From Podarcis liolepis (taxonomy: Eukaryota): a DNA stretch of 64,000 bases. The stretch is taken from NCBI GenBank assembly GCA_965112155.1, contig OZ218103.1; one strand, 5' to 3'. A program made the position numbers and the translations under genes. A model generated the notes under the pieces. The model did not search any database. It was not told the DNA's origin and saw nothing but the letters and a program-made list of their open reading frames with translations. This document shows positions 11,393 through 24,384 of this stretch, in pieces (the first letter of the stretch is position 1; each line of letters starts with the position of its first letter).

Positions 11393-11794
11393 GGTGTATC
11401 AGGTCATTGTATCGGAATTCACAAATATCTAATCGCTTGAGCATTCCTGAGCAGTAGTCTCCACCTGTAAGGAGCACACCCCAAAGAGGGGAGAAAAGGT
11501 TGTAAGACAAGAAAGATGGAATGCAGTGCACAGTTACTTCAGAGCAAGTCCCACCGGACTCCTCGGGACTTGCTTCCAAGAAGCAATGCACAGAGGTAAG
11601 AAGGAAGCGGGTCAGGCACGAGAAACGCAAAGTTAAAAGGTAACAGAAGGAAAGAAGTGTGCAACCAGTGAGAAAAATTATGAGGGGGAGGAGGTATGAA
11701 GAGAAAAACCTAGAAGCAGAGGGAAGGTGAACATAAAGTTCTTCACTTGGGAATAAGTCCCACTCTAACTCAGTAGACCCTACTTCCAAGGAAA

Positions 11795-12055
11795 GGGAGC
11801 AGTGGCGCTGTGGTCTAAACCACTGAGCCTCTTGGGCTTGCTGATCAGAAGGTCAGCAGTTCAAATCCTCACAACGGGGTGAGCTCCTGTTGCTCTGTCT
11901 CAGCTCCTGCCAACCTAGCAGTTCGAAAGCACACCAGCGGGAGTAGATAAATAGGTACCGCTGTGGCAGGAAGGTAAATGGCATTTCTATATGTGCCACA
12001 CCCCATAGTCAAGTTTGACTGGACTTAACTGTCCAGGGGTCCTCTACCGTTACTT
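11795..12055 (+). mobile_element. Sauria SINE (Squam1), internally deleted
   Basis: gtggcgctgtggtctaaaccactgagcc...aacctagcagttcgaaagcac...tagataaataggtacc; TSD TACT(T/C)CCAAGGAAA. Confidence 0.88.
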
Positions 12056-12983
12056 TACTCCCAAGGAAATATGAATGGGGTTGGGAGGAGCATAAAATTC
12101 AGGGGGAATAAATTCAGAGGGACAAGAGGAGAGCAGACACGAGGCTCAATGCCAGAAATGGGGCGTTCTACCACCTGTGTGTGAGACTAGAATGCTAGCT
12201 GTCACACATTCCTGCTTCCGCCCCTCGTGGATATTCATTGGTATTCCATGATTTGCCATCCCTACCGGTGGGCTGTCCTTGACAGAATGTCTGCTGTGCT
12301 CTGCTGCTTTTTGTCTTGCCCCTCCTTTGCGCAGGAGGACAGGAAATACTTTCACAAGGACCCTTTTCTCTCTAATCGTGCTGGAAGTGAACAAGAGCAA
12401 ATGTTGCCAGCTGGAAAGATCCATCTATAGAAACTTGGCAAATCTGGCAGGCAGCGGTGCCTTTACTTTTTCTTTCTTTGTTGCATTTTACTCTCCTGGA
12501 TAGCTTTTGTTTGTTTGCTTGCTTGCTTGCTTGCTTTTTTAAAAGAATAAATCTGTGTTTTGAGGAGTGGAGAAGGGGGCAGAGGGAGGAGAGAGAAAGA
12601 AGAAGAAAACTCGCAGCCCCAAACAAACCCACACAAATGCCAAAAAGAACAGCTTGCTTGCAGACTTGGTTTTTGCAAAGCAGCCATTGTGGGTGTGGAG
12701 CTAGTCAAGCAAAAAACATGGAGGGGTCGATTTCCTTGAGTTTGGCATGAGAAGAATGGGGAAGGGTGCAAATTGAAGATACGATTTTGAAAAAGAAAAA
12801 TCCTTAAAACTTAAGACTAGAAGCCATCTGACAGTATCGACTTTGTGATGGTAGACTCTCTTTGTTACAGTAGATAAATATGTTTCTAAGGCTGTACAGT
12901 ACATAAACCAGTCTTTTAAAACATTTAACACACAAGTCTTGTATGAGTGAAATCTAGCCCTACGCAGCATAATGGTGGCGAGA

Positions 12984-13230
12984 GAAGAAAAAGAGTTGGG
13001 ATTTGATATCCCGCTTTATCACTACCCAAAGGAGTCTCAAAGCGGCTAACGTTCTCCTTTCCCTCCCCTCCCCACAACAAACACTCTGTGAGGTGAGTGG
13101 GGCTGAGAGACTTCAGAGAAGTGTGACTGGCCCAAGGTCACCCAGCAGCTGCATGTGGAGGAGCGGAGACGCGAACCCAGTTCCCCAGATTATGAGGCTA
13201 CCGCTCTGAACCACTACACCACACTGGCTC
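12984..13230 (-). mobile_element. Squam3-type tRNA-derived SINE
   Basis: Reverse complement of gagccagtgtggtgtagtggtt...tcacctcacagagtgtttgttgtgggg...gatatcaaatcc; sister of 49628-49880. Confidence 0.85.
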
Positions 13231-13437
13231 TCCAGAGAAATCTAGGACACATCCTAGGGCACAGAAATGTGTTTTCAGGTCTGTGTCTGAGTGTCATCGT
13301 CGTCCCCCCACACACACTCCCAAGTGCCTTCCCCCTGAAAACTCCCACTATCCTTGAGCACTGGCAACACTGGCAAGGGCTGGTGGGAGTTGGAGCCCAA
13401 CTATATCTGGGAGGGTTACAGGTTTGCCATCTCCTGC

Positions 13438-13584
13438 CAGTGGCGTAGCGTGGGGGGTGCAGGGGGGGCCGGCCGTACCAGGCGCAACACCTGGGGGTTA
13501 GGATTAGGGGGCGCAAATCCACGGGTTAGGAGGCGCAAATTACTTGCCTTGCCCCGGGTGCTGACAACCCACGCTACGCCACTG
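13438..13584 (+). mobile_element. hAT MITE with TTAGGG repeats (copy 1, 147 bp)
   Basis: TIR CAGTGGCGTAGCGTGGG/CCCACGCTACGCCACTG; TSD TCTCCTGC. Confidence 0.93.
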
Positions 13585-13819
13585 TCTCCTGCTTTAGCAG
13601 ACGGGAGGCAAAGTGAGGAAATGGAACAGCAGACAGGAGAATCCATTCCACTGCAGGGAAGCATTCATGCTAAATGCTTGGTACAAACGACGGCTCACTT
13701 AGGCCTCCCGCCCCCTTAGCAAATGAACCAAAGCTAACATAGCCTATATGCTGAATGTGCTGGAGAAACTCTAGCATTAAGGAACTGGCCATTCAGATGG
13801 AATTCTCCCGCTATCCTTA

Positions 13820-14146
<327 letters not shown>

Positions 14147-14361
14147 TCATCACAGTACAGACTTCTTCCTTTTCTCATCATAGGTTGCAAAGGCTCCTGC
14201 TGAAATTAAAGACTGCACTTCACTGAATTCTGCTTAAGAGGATTCTTTCATGGGGTCCATGACACAGTGCCCTGTGTTTCGATTTCCACCATGTTCATTT
14301 GGTGTGTGTTGTTGTTTTTAAAGCAAGGCTGCAAATCATAACACTGGGAGGATAGGTGCCT

Positions 14362-14364
<3 letters not shown>

Positions 14365-14416
<52 letters not shown>

Positions 14417-14418
14417 TG
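14365..14418. repeat. (TC)n(TG)n microsatellite
   Basis: Direct. Confidence 0.95.
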
Positions 14419-14465
14419 AAGAAAAAGGGGACAGAATCATCACAGACTTTCTATATAGGGTTAAT

Positions 14466-14821
14466 AAGGTAAAGGTAAAAGGACCCCTGACCATTAAGTC
14501 CAGTCGTGGCCGACTCTGGGGTTGCGGCGCTCATCTCGCTTTATTGGCCGAGGGAGCCGGTGTATAGCTTCCGGGTCATGTGGCCAGCATAACTAAGCCG
14601 CTTCTGGCTAACCAGAGCATCGCATGGAAACGCCGTTTACCTTCCCGCCGGAGGGGTACCTATTTATCTACTTGCACTTTGACGTGCTTTCGAACTGCTA
14701 GGTTGGCAGGAGCAGGGACCGAGCAACAGGAGCTCACCCCATCGCGGGGATTCAAACCGCCGACCTTCTGATTGGCAAGTCCTAGGCTCTGTGGTTTAAC
14801 ACACAGCACCACCCGCATCCC
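14466..14821 (-). mobile_element. Sauria SINE (Squam1)
   Basis: Near full length; ACCTTT tail on the minus strand; TSD TATAGGGTTA. Confidence 0.92.
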
Positions 14822-15424
14822 TGTATAGGGTTAGGGGACCTTTTTCAGCTCAGTTCTTTGTGAGGAACCTTGTAGGGGTTGCCTCAATGTCAGAAGTAGG
14901 CAGAGTCCCAAGGCAAAAGTGGTCAGAACAATGGCCTTCGCACAATGGGCTACACCCCAGCAACACAAAAATCAGACGTTTCTACAGATGCAGTTCCATT
15001 TCCAGCAATGGACGAGATGACCCTAGCAGTTCCTTCCAACTCTACAATTCTGTGGCCTCCAAGCAAGCAAGGGGCATAAGCGCACAACACCCCCCCAACA
15101 GGGGAAAGCGTTTCAGGACGGGGTAGAGCAGGGCTGGTGATGTTGGGGAGGGAACCTTAGGAGGCCAGACAGAAAGTCCTGGAGGGACATATTTGGTCCC
15201 TGCGCCTTAGGTGCCACAACTCCACTCTACCTCTTTTCTTAGCTGTGGGCAGGATTTCTGCATTGCAGGGGGTTGGACTAGATGACCCTCGGGGATCCCT
15301 TCCAGAATTCTATTATTCTCTGCTGGTGAAAAGTAGCTTGGGAACAATGGTTCCCAGCTGGAAAATGACTAGATGGAAGGGGAAAGGGGTAATTTCTTTC
15401 TATCTCTCTCTCTCTCACACACAC

Positions 15425-15455
<31 letters not shown>

Positions 15456-15457
<2 letters not shown>

Positions 15458-15603
15458 GTGGCATAGCGTGGGGGTGCAGGGGGGGGGCCGGCTGCACCGG
15501 GCGCAACATCTGGGGGTTAGGGTTAGGGGGCACAAATCCACGGGTTAGGGGGCGCAAATTACTTGCCTTGCCCCGGGTGCTGACAACCCACGCTACGCCA
15601 CTG
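15456..15603 (+). mobile_element. hAT MITE with TTAGGG repeats (copy 2, 148 bp) inserted in a (CATACA)n microsatellite
   Basis: Same TIRs; TSD CATACACA. Confidence 0.93.
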
Positions 15604-16814
15604 CATACACATACACATACAGAGAACGGTGCTCTCTCTAACAAGCCCTTGGAAAGTTCCCCATGAAGAGCTGTGGTCCTCTGCTTACCTGATTTAAGTC
15701 TCTTCCAGATATACTATGCTGCCTTTTTAATTGCTATTTGTTCTTCTATTATTTTTACTGCACTGCTTTCTTTGACTCACTTCAATAGGGATAATAGCAG
15801 CAGCACAGCAGCAGCAGCAACTTATGGCCCTCGAGTTGAAAAAGGTTCCCTACCCCTGATGTAAAGGAATATGTAGAGACCTGATCCTGTCTCCACATGG
15901 GGCGGGCGGGAGGAAGCACTTCTTGAGAGAGATGATTCAATAACAGCCAGTAATGAGATGTGCTTAAAAGAAGAAGAGGCAGAGATGTAGATACATCCCA
16001 GATATTATGACAAGCTCTTTCTATTTGCCTACCATAATTAGGGGCAGAATCTAATAAGTTGGCACAGCACTGTCAGTGCTATTATTAACTAGTGAAATGG
16101 CCATCATTAGAAGGAGTAGAGGAGAGGGGGGGGTGGAGAGACTGGGTCTGTGTCTTTCCGGCATTCTTATGTGGCCAACGTCCATATCTATCCCAGGGTC
16201 CCAGTCAATGAAGACAAGGCTAAAAGTAACGGGTGTTTTTTTCCCCTTTTTTATGCCTCTACATATTTAGTCAGTCCCTGCCAACCTATCCCGACCTGGG
16301 AGTTCCATGTGACATTAGTTTTTTTGGTGTGTGGGGTTCCCCCCCCCCAACTTTATTGAAAATTTCAAAAACAGTTACCTGGAAGCCGGTTTGTGGAGAA
16401 AAAGCAATCCATAACATAAATGCTTCAAAGTGAAAAGAAATAATATCAAAGCATTCTTTTTAGTTTATCCTGAAAAGAACTCTCATGATATTGGTCACCA
16501 TAATTCCTGGTTTCTGCAAGTGTTTGAACCATATGGTACTACCACACTAAAAGCAGCCCTGTGGGCGACAGCAGAAGGAAACTTCAGGAGCATGGAGGGA
16601 GATCACTAATGACGGCAGCAACTGGAAGGAACTTACACTGGCGCAAAGTTAAACCTGGCCTGGTAGCATATGGGCAGCCACTGCAGTTCCTTCAGTCACG
16701 GCACAACATTTTGATGGCAGGCTGCTCCAGCCAGTAGCTTAGCTACCACACGCTGCATTAGCTGCAGCTTCTGGACAAACCCTGGCACAACTCCAGTCTC
16801 AGGTGGTCAAGCCG

Positions 16815-17098
16815 GGTGGTTCTACCTGGACACTGAGGTCCAGCTCCAAAGGCCTTCTGGTGGTTCCCTCACTGCGAGAAGCCAAGTTACAGGGAACCAG
16901 GCAGAGGGCCTTCTCGGTAGTGGCACCCTCCCTGTGGAACGCCCTCCCACCAGATGTCAAGGAAAACAACAACTACCAGACTTTTAGAAGACATCTGAAG
17001 GCAGCCCTGTTCAGGGAAGCATTTAATGTTTGATGTATTAGAGTAATATATTTTTTTTGGAAGCCACCCAGAGTGGCTGGGGAATAATTAATTAATTA

Positions 17099-17147
<49 letters not shown>
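16815..17147 (+). mobile_element. L2 LINE 3' end with (TTA)n tail
   Basis: RQRAFSVVAPSLWNALP...FRRHLKAALF, typical L2 ORF2 C-terminus. Confidence 0.88.
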
Positions 17148-17413
17148 GCTATCTCAGTCCAGGAACAGCCAGGGTTGGTGTACCAACCAAAGCTTTAGCA
17201 AGTGAGGACACCTGTGACAAACATGGAACCAGGAGCAAACCAGAATCTACATACCTGCTCCTTTGATGGGAGTGTGACCCCAGATAGAATGGGCAACTGG
17301 CCTATCTCATGGAGATGGGAATATCTCGCCCAGTGCCGCCAGCAGGGCTCTTCTCAGAATGCGCCTTCATGATTGTCCCAACCCCACCCCAACTGATCCA
17401 GAAGGAAGCTCTA

Positions 17414-17749
<336 letters not shown>

Positions 17750-18083
17750 TTAACTACCCATTTGTATGATCAGAGCTGACCAACTCTACTCGCATCTCCC
17801 AAAGAACCAACAGCAAACAAGTTCAAAGGGATTATTTGATCCTTGCTTGCTAAAGTATTATTAAATTACTTACAGATTCTTATTGATGTATGAATTACCC
17901 CTGGACAGAGTCCCTGGGAAGAAAGCCTGGGCCCTTGTTAACATCTGAACTACTGACACATTGGTATGGCTACAGAGGCTGGAGTTTCTCACTGCCCAAA
18001 TGAGACTCGATGTTAGTTTAAAATGCAACTGCACTATGGGGGTAGCTTTAGCCATTTGTTCCAGCCATGATCCCAACCAGAAA

Positions 18084-18128
<45 letters not shown>

Positions 18129-18375
18129 AATAAATGTATACATACCGACTATTTGCCATAGGAAGAAAGCTGTCAATTGTGCCAATCAATTTTCCTTCCA
18201 TTGCAAATAACAGAAATGCCTGCTGGATCTAAGATGTATCAGTGCTAGCAGCTCAGATCCTGCTCAGAATCTGCTGTACAAAAAAAAGGCCCTGGATAGC
18301 TGCTCCTGAGCAATCATCAGAAGCTAACTAGGCTCACATGCCTCTGATTTCTTTCTCCCACAACTGCAGTATTCC

Positions 18376-19035
18376 CAGTGGCGTAGCGTGGGGGGTGCCA
18401 GGGGTGCCGGCCGCACCGGGCGCAACATCTGGGGGGGGCGCGAGTCCAGAGGGCCCAGCCCCGTCGTGCCCTCGGCCCGCCCCTATTGTCAGAGCGGCCA
18501 GCCAGCCTCCGCCTGCTCCTACCTTGCCCACCCGAGGACTGCGGCAGCGCCCGCCCCCGTGGCCACCTACCCCCGCCTCGCCCATTGGCTTGCCTCCCTC
18601 GGCCCCGCCTCTCTCCGATGGCCGCGGGGGTGTCCTGCTCGGCGCCAGCGCCTTTTTTCAGGAGGTAGGGAGGCTGGACGGGGAGGTGGGGTCGGAAGCG
18701 GGCAGAGAAGGAGGAGAGCTCGTAGCCAAAAGGGCTGCACCGGCTGGCAAAGGGCCGGGGAAAGTTTGGAGAGGAGAAACGCACTGTCATGATTTCCCAG
18801 TGGAAGTGGCAGGATTAGGGATGGCAAAGCGTAATTACACACGAATTTCGCTGGGTGAGAGCTTCGGGGATCAATCGGCGGAAATGGGAATCAATTGGAA
18901 TATGAGAAAGAGAGAGAGGGGGGGACCATCATTCATAGGCATAGATTTGTAGGGTTAGGGGGCACAAATCCACGGGTTAGGGGGCGCAAATTACTTGCCT
19001 TGCCCCGGGTGCTGACAACCCACGCTACGCCGCTG
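18376..19035 (+). mobile_element. hAT element C (TTAGGG family, long copy) with ~500-bp CpG-rich cargo
   Basis: Same TIRs as the short copies; TSD AGTATTCC; unique interior ~18440-18950. Confidence 0.93.
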
Positions 19036-20310
19036 AGTATTCCAACAGCTGAATGTGCTTTCCTGTGCTAGGCTGAAAATACAGAGCAACTGAAAAACTG
19101 CAGCTCTTCCTGCTCTACAGCTCTCACTTAAACCACGGTGGAATCTACACACACATTAAAAAACGTTCTGAAAACGCTTTTTAAAGTGTTGTTTTTTTTA
19201 ATAGATTGAATTTTCCATAAGGCTCACCATCGCCATCTAGTATCACATTGTATTTTGCACTAAAATGTTTTATTTGCAGCTATATAGCTGAGTCCCAGGC
19301 GCAGGCATTGGGCCTTAATACATGAGCTACAGTACAAGCCAGGGTGAGGGCAGGGCGTGAGTGGAAGCCCCACCTCCAGTGTACCTGGGCATTAGTAAGA
19401 CTTTTACATGATTAACTTGTAATCAGACCTTTTCAAGCACAGCCGAACACACTGAGAAACCCTCCTGCAAGCAGAAACTATGTTTTACTGGGTTTCCCAA
19501 CAATGATGGACGTTTCTAAACACCTTCTTTCCATCACTAAGCATGCTAATTGCAGGGAGGCCTAAGGAGCTGCTTACACACCCAGAATATTGGGAATGGA
19601 GGCTTCCGGTACACCATTGCCCCTTCTATCGGTGTTACATCTTGTGCATTCCGGGAAATGCCTAAACACATTTCGGGTCTCTCCTGGCAAACTGGAAACT
19701 GGCTTTTTAGCTACCATTTTGAAAACCTGCCTAACATTTCGTACTTAAGAGCAAGCAAATGAAACTTTAACACGTGGAATGATAAAAGTTTGTAATCTTA
19801 TCAGGACAAGTTATTTGTTCTTTACTGTTGTAACATTTGTTTTCTCAAAATTTATCTTCTGTGCCATGAAAGTATATAAAGACAGTATTATTATTTTTTT
19901 AAAAAAGGAAATGATTAAATAATTTAATGATGCATGGCTAACTTTATTTATGCATGAATTGTGATGCTTGTTTTGAGTCCCTATCCAAGCTGTGGGTGGG
20001 ATGGATGCCCCAATTTATCCCATCCTGGTTGGAATACCATGAGCATCCCTTGCAAAGAAAGTTGGGCCATCTGGCATCCAGACTTGCATGGCTTGTTTTG
20101 AATGACCACATGGGGGTGGGGAGAAGAAAGATGCACAAGGGGGCAACAGAACTGAAAGCTGGTCCCATATTGTGGGTTTAGGTTAAAGATGGGCTTTGGG
20201 TACAAAAGAATAAGGACCTGGATAGTTCAGTTGGTTAATGCCAAGGTCACAGTTTTGATCCCTGTAAGAGACAGCTGCATATTCCTACATTGCAGGGAGT
20301 TTGACTAAAT

Positions 20311-20437
20311 CAGGCTTCCTCAACCTTGGGGCCCCCCCAGATGTTTTTGGCCTACAACTCCCATGATCCCTAGCTAGCAGGACCAGTGGTCAGGGATGAT
20401 GGGAACTGTAGTCTCAAAACATCTGGAGGGCCAAGGA
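20311..20437. mobile_element. Palindromic hAT-type MITE (CTACAACTCCCA...TGGGAACTGTAG family) inserted in a tRNA-SINE remnant
   Basis: Internal inverted repeat ccagatgtttt..ctacaactcccatgatccct / agggatgatgggaactgtagt..aaaacatctgg; decayed copies also near 13340, 22085, 26670, 27550, 31450, 36600, 50230 and 55075. Confidence 0.7.
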
Positions 20438-20540
20438 CCCCCCTCTGACCCTGTGGATTCTATGAAATCTATGCCTAACACAGCAACAACCCACCCACTC
20501 AACCATACACAATATTGAAGGCAAGTATACACAAAGTTTA

Positions 20541-20948
<408 letters not shown>

Positions 20949-21081
20949 CTACAGAAATCAAAGAGACTTCAGGTAACATCCAGGAAAAGGCTTGGTGTAA
21001 TTGCAACAGAGAGCTTGTACCTTGCACCTGCGCCTTCCCCAAGTATCCCATTATCTTTTTAAAAGCAAAAAATAAACAATA

Positions 21082-21314
21082 CAGTGGTTACATACGCTTC
21101 AGGTTACATACGCTTCAGGTTACAGACTCTGCTAACCCAGAAATATTACCTCGGGTTAAGAACTTTGCTTCAGGATGAGAACAGAAATTGTGCAGCGGTG
21201 GTGCAGCGGCAGCAGGAGGCCCCATTAGCTAAAGTGGTGCTTCAGGTTAAGAACAGTTTCAGGTTAAGAACAGACCTCCAGAACGAATTAAGTACTCAAC
21301 CCGAGGTACCACTG
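21082..21314. mobile_element. TcMar-Tigger-like MITE
   Basis: TA|CAGTGGT...AACCCGAGGTACCACTG|TA; sister of 24144 and 42596. Confidence 0.85.
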
Positions 21315-21789
21315 TATTTGCTATTTTTCAAGGCTGCAAGAAGAAAAACCCATAGAAATGTGGCTGCTGTTAACTGTGGAAGAACCACTTCAGAAGGAAA
21401 CAGAGAAAATAAGACTCAGCAAATAGCTACACAGTTAGCAGACTTTAACAACCAGCAGAACACTGTCACGTATTTTAATTTAGCAGTTAGCTTTCCACTT
21501 TCTGCTCCTCATTCACTCCTCTGACTCCATACCAGATTGTGGGTCACGGGAATCACCACCAATGCTGATGTCCTAAACAAGCACCACTGAAATGAATGGG
21601 AGCTGTGCTTTAAAGGAGTTCCAGATCATTTCAAAGAGGCCTCCTGTTGTATTGGACTCTTATGCCTTTCGTGGATTTTCTCAACAGTCATGCCATTAGC
21701 ATCAGAAACACAAGGGGAGCTGCTGGGTATCTTCCTGTTAAATTAATCAACATGTATTTTAAAGCTCTTGCTATGACATTGGGGCCAAT

Positions 21790-21927
21790 NNNNNNNNNNN
21801 NNNNNNNNNNNNNNNNNNNNNNNNNNNNNNNNNNNNNNNNNNNNNNNNNNNNNNNNNNNNNNNNNNNNNNNNNNNNNNNNNNNNNNNNNNNNNNNNNNNN
21901 NNNNNNNNNNNNNNNNNNNNNNNNNNN
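21790..21927. other. Assembly gap (N run)
   Basis: Run of n. Confidence 0.99.
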
Positions 21928-22646
21928 CATCCAGCATTACAGATGTTTAGGGGTGGCCTTGGTTGGAGTCAAGGGTAAGAGAAAAATGCAAGCCATGTTG
22001 CCGGCTGATGGATACATGTTCCTTAATCTCTTGGGAGGAAACAGGTGTTGGCTGGAGGCTGCATTTGTGGCATAAAGCACTAAACTACAACTCCCATAAT
22101 CCTTGACCATTGGCTGTACTGGCTAGAGCTGACAGGATTTGGAGTCCAATATGCCACCCTTGGCCTAGAGCTTAAGCAGTTGCCTTGAAGCTGAGCCACA
22201 GATCAAGAGAAGGGAAGGTTGTTGCTGTTTAATCCCATACTCTCAATCTAAAACTCATACTTCCTTTTCAGTTAAGTTACAAAAGCGTGAAAAACTATTT
22301 GCAAGAAGGTGGGCATCAGGGGAACAAGAAATAGGTCACTAATAAGGCAGCCGTGTCCCATTGATTACCTGGGCATAAAACAGGAGGGAAGGCCCCAATC
22401 ACAAGAAAACGGGGAGGGAGCCTTAAGGTGCACAAAAATGGTTTTATTAGGCCCAACACATTTTGGATTATAGCTGCCTGCAGGGGGTACTCACAGGTGA
22501 CAGTTCTCTGACTGGTGCAACATCACTGTTGCCATGCCTTTCCAGTTGCAAGTTGCCTGCGGTTGGCTCAGTTTGTGTATGGGGTTTGTGTATCCCTTTG
22601 GAAAGGATGTTCTGTGGAAAAAACAGCATCTGCATGTGGATGCAGG

Positions 22647-22815
22647 CAGTGGCGTAGCGTGGGGGGTGCAGGGGGGGCCGGCCGCACCGGGCGCAACATC
22701 TGGGGGTTAGGGTTATGGGGCGCAAATCCATGGGTTAGGGGGCGCAAATCCACGAGTTAGGGGGCGCAAATTACTTGCCTTGCCCCGGGTGCTGACAACC
22801 CACGCTACGCCACTG
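22647..22815 (+). mobile_element. hAT MITE with TTAGGG repeats (copy 4, 169 bp)
   Basis: Same TIRs; TSD GATGCAGG. Confidence 0.93.
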
Positions 22816-24143
22816 GATGCAGGTATATCCAAATCCGGGGGTTATCTATCTGCTGTACTTTCAAAGGGATGGACATCCACACTCACATTCTGCCCCAACT
22901 AGTCGTGCATAACAGCACACAACGCCTGCTGGATCGTGGCCAAAGCCTTGCCGTGCAGCACCGGCAGGAAATGTAACTGTCAGAACAGCATGGCAAACCC
23001 AGGGGTGTCGGCTGAGTTGCTTGGGCAAAGAAATATCATCCCCCCCTGATCCCTGAACTAGTAAAAGACGTGGAAACAAGAGCAGCTGCAAACCAGCATG
23101 GGAAATGCACAAAGCGTAGAAGGTAGAGAAGGTTTTGCAAGCATTTACTGGGCTTCTCAAAATCTCAACTTTCTCAGTTAAAACAAACAAACAAACAAAC
23201 AAACAAACAAACAAACGGAACAGAAATCTGACACAGCAAGTGGCACCCTGACTCTTGAACCGATAAGCAAAGCCACAGCTCCCTTCTGCTGGGTTGCCTT
23301 CCCTTTAAATTTTGCACATCAAGGAATAAAAATATATAAATAAATGACCAGCAGAGCTTCATGTTTTTTCTTGGCCATGTTCCAGTCTTTTCCATCTTCC
23401 TTTTTATGCAGTGAATAGTCTTGATAAAATAAAATAATAACCATCATCTGTTCCATTAGGACAAGACATTAAGCAAGAGTTACTAAGTGGGTAATAGAAC
23501 CAGCAGCTAGCAAAGACTTTTCTAAAGATTATTATTCCTCCACCACCCCTCCCCTCCCCACCGCTGTTCTTGGCCTAATGGAAATGGAATGCTCCCACCC
23601 TCCCTAATGGGGAAAATATATACCAACAGATTAAGCAGAGGAACAAAGACTTTTCAAAGCACAGAGCACTGAGGACAGGTAGGATCCTGAAGCCAGCTCT
23701 TATGGGTTCAGTTTACTATATCCTATTCTCCACAGCTGCACTCATTAAAATGGGGAAAATGCACCCAATTAAAACTGAAACAGAGTTTTGCATAACATTT
23801 AACTGGTCAATTTTTTTAACACATCAAACTTTTAGGTTTTTGAAGTTTCAGACACAATAAAAGAGCATTCAGACCCTGAGTGTTCATTTTACACACCAGG
23901 GAAGATGGAATCCACCAAACAACTGAAAATTAGATATACTTTCAAATTCCACCCCAAAAAGTATTTGAACTGGTTTCATACATTCCAATTGGTATGGGGT
24001 TAGGATTGAGCAGGAACCACAATTTAACAAAACTGGAGTTTTACAAAGTTTTAGGGAATCTGAAACCTGCTGCTAGGCCTGAAATCTGGGGTTGTACAGT
24101 GCCATCACGAAGACACCCACCCACGGCCTCTGCAGTGCACATA

Positions 24144-24384
24144 CAGTGGTACCTCGGGTTAAGTATTTAATTCGTTCCGGAGGTCCGTTCTTAACCTGAA
24201 ACTGTTCTTAACCTGAAGACCACTTTACCTAATGGGGCCTCCTGCTGCTGCCGCGCCGCCGGAGCACAATTTCAGTTCTCAGCCTGAAGCAAAGTTCTTA
24301 ACCCGAGGTAATATTTCTGGGTTAGCGGAGACTGTAACCTGAAGCATATGTAACCTGAAGCATATGTAACCCGAGGTACCACTG
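24144..24384. mobile_element. TcMar-Tigger-like MITE
   Basis: TIR CAGTGGTACCTCGGGTT/AACCCGAGGTACCACTG; TA TSD. Confidence 0.9.

Noticed and set aside
18780-18900. Possible C/D snoRNA in the element C cargo
   Set aside because: No proper RTGATGA and CTGA boxes with a terminal stem
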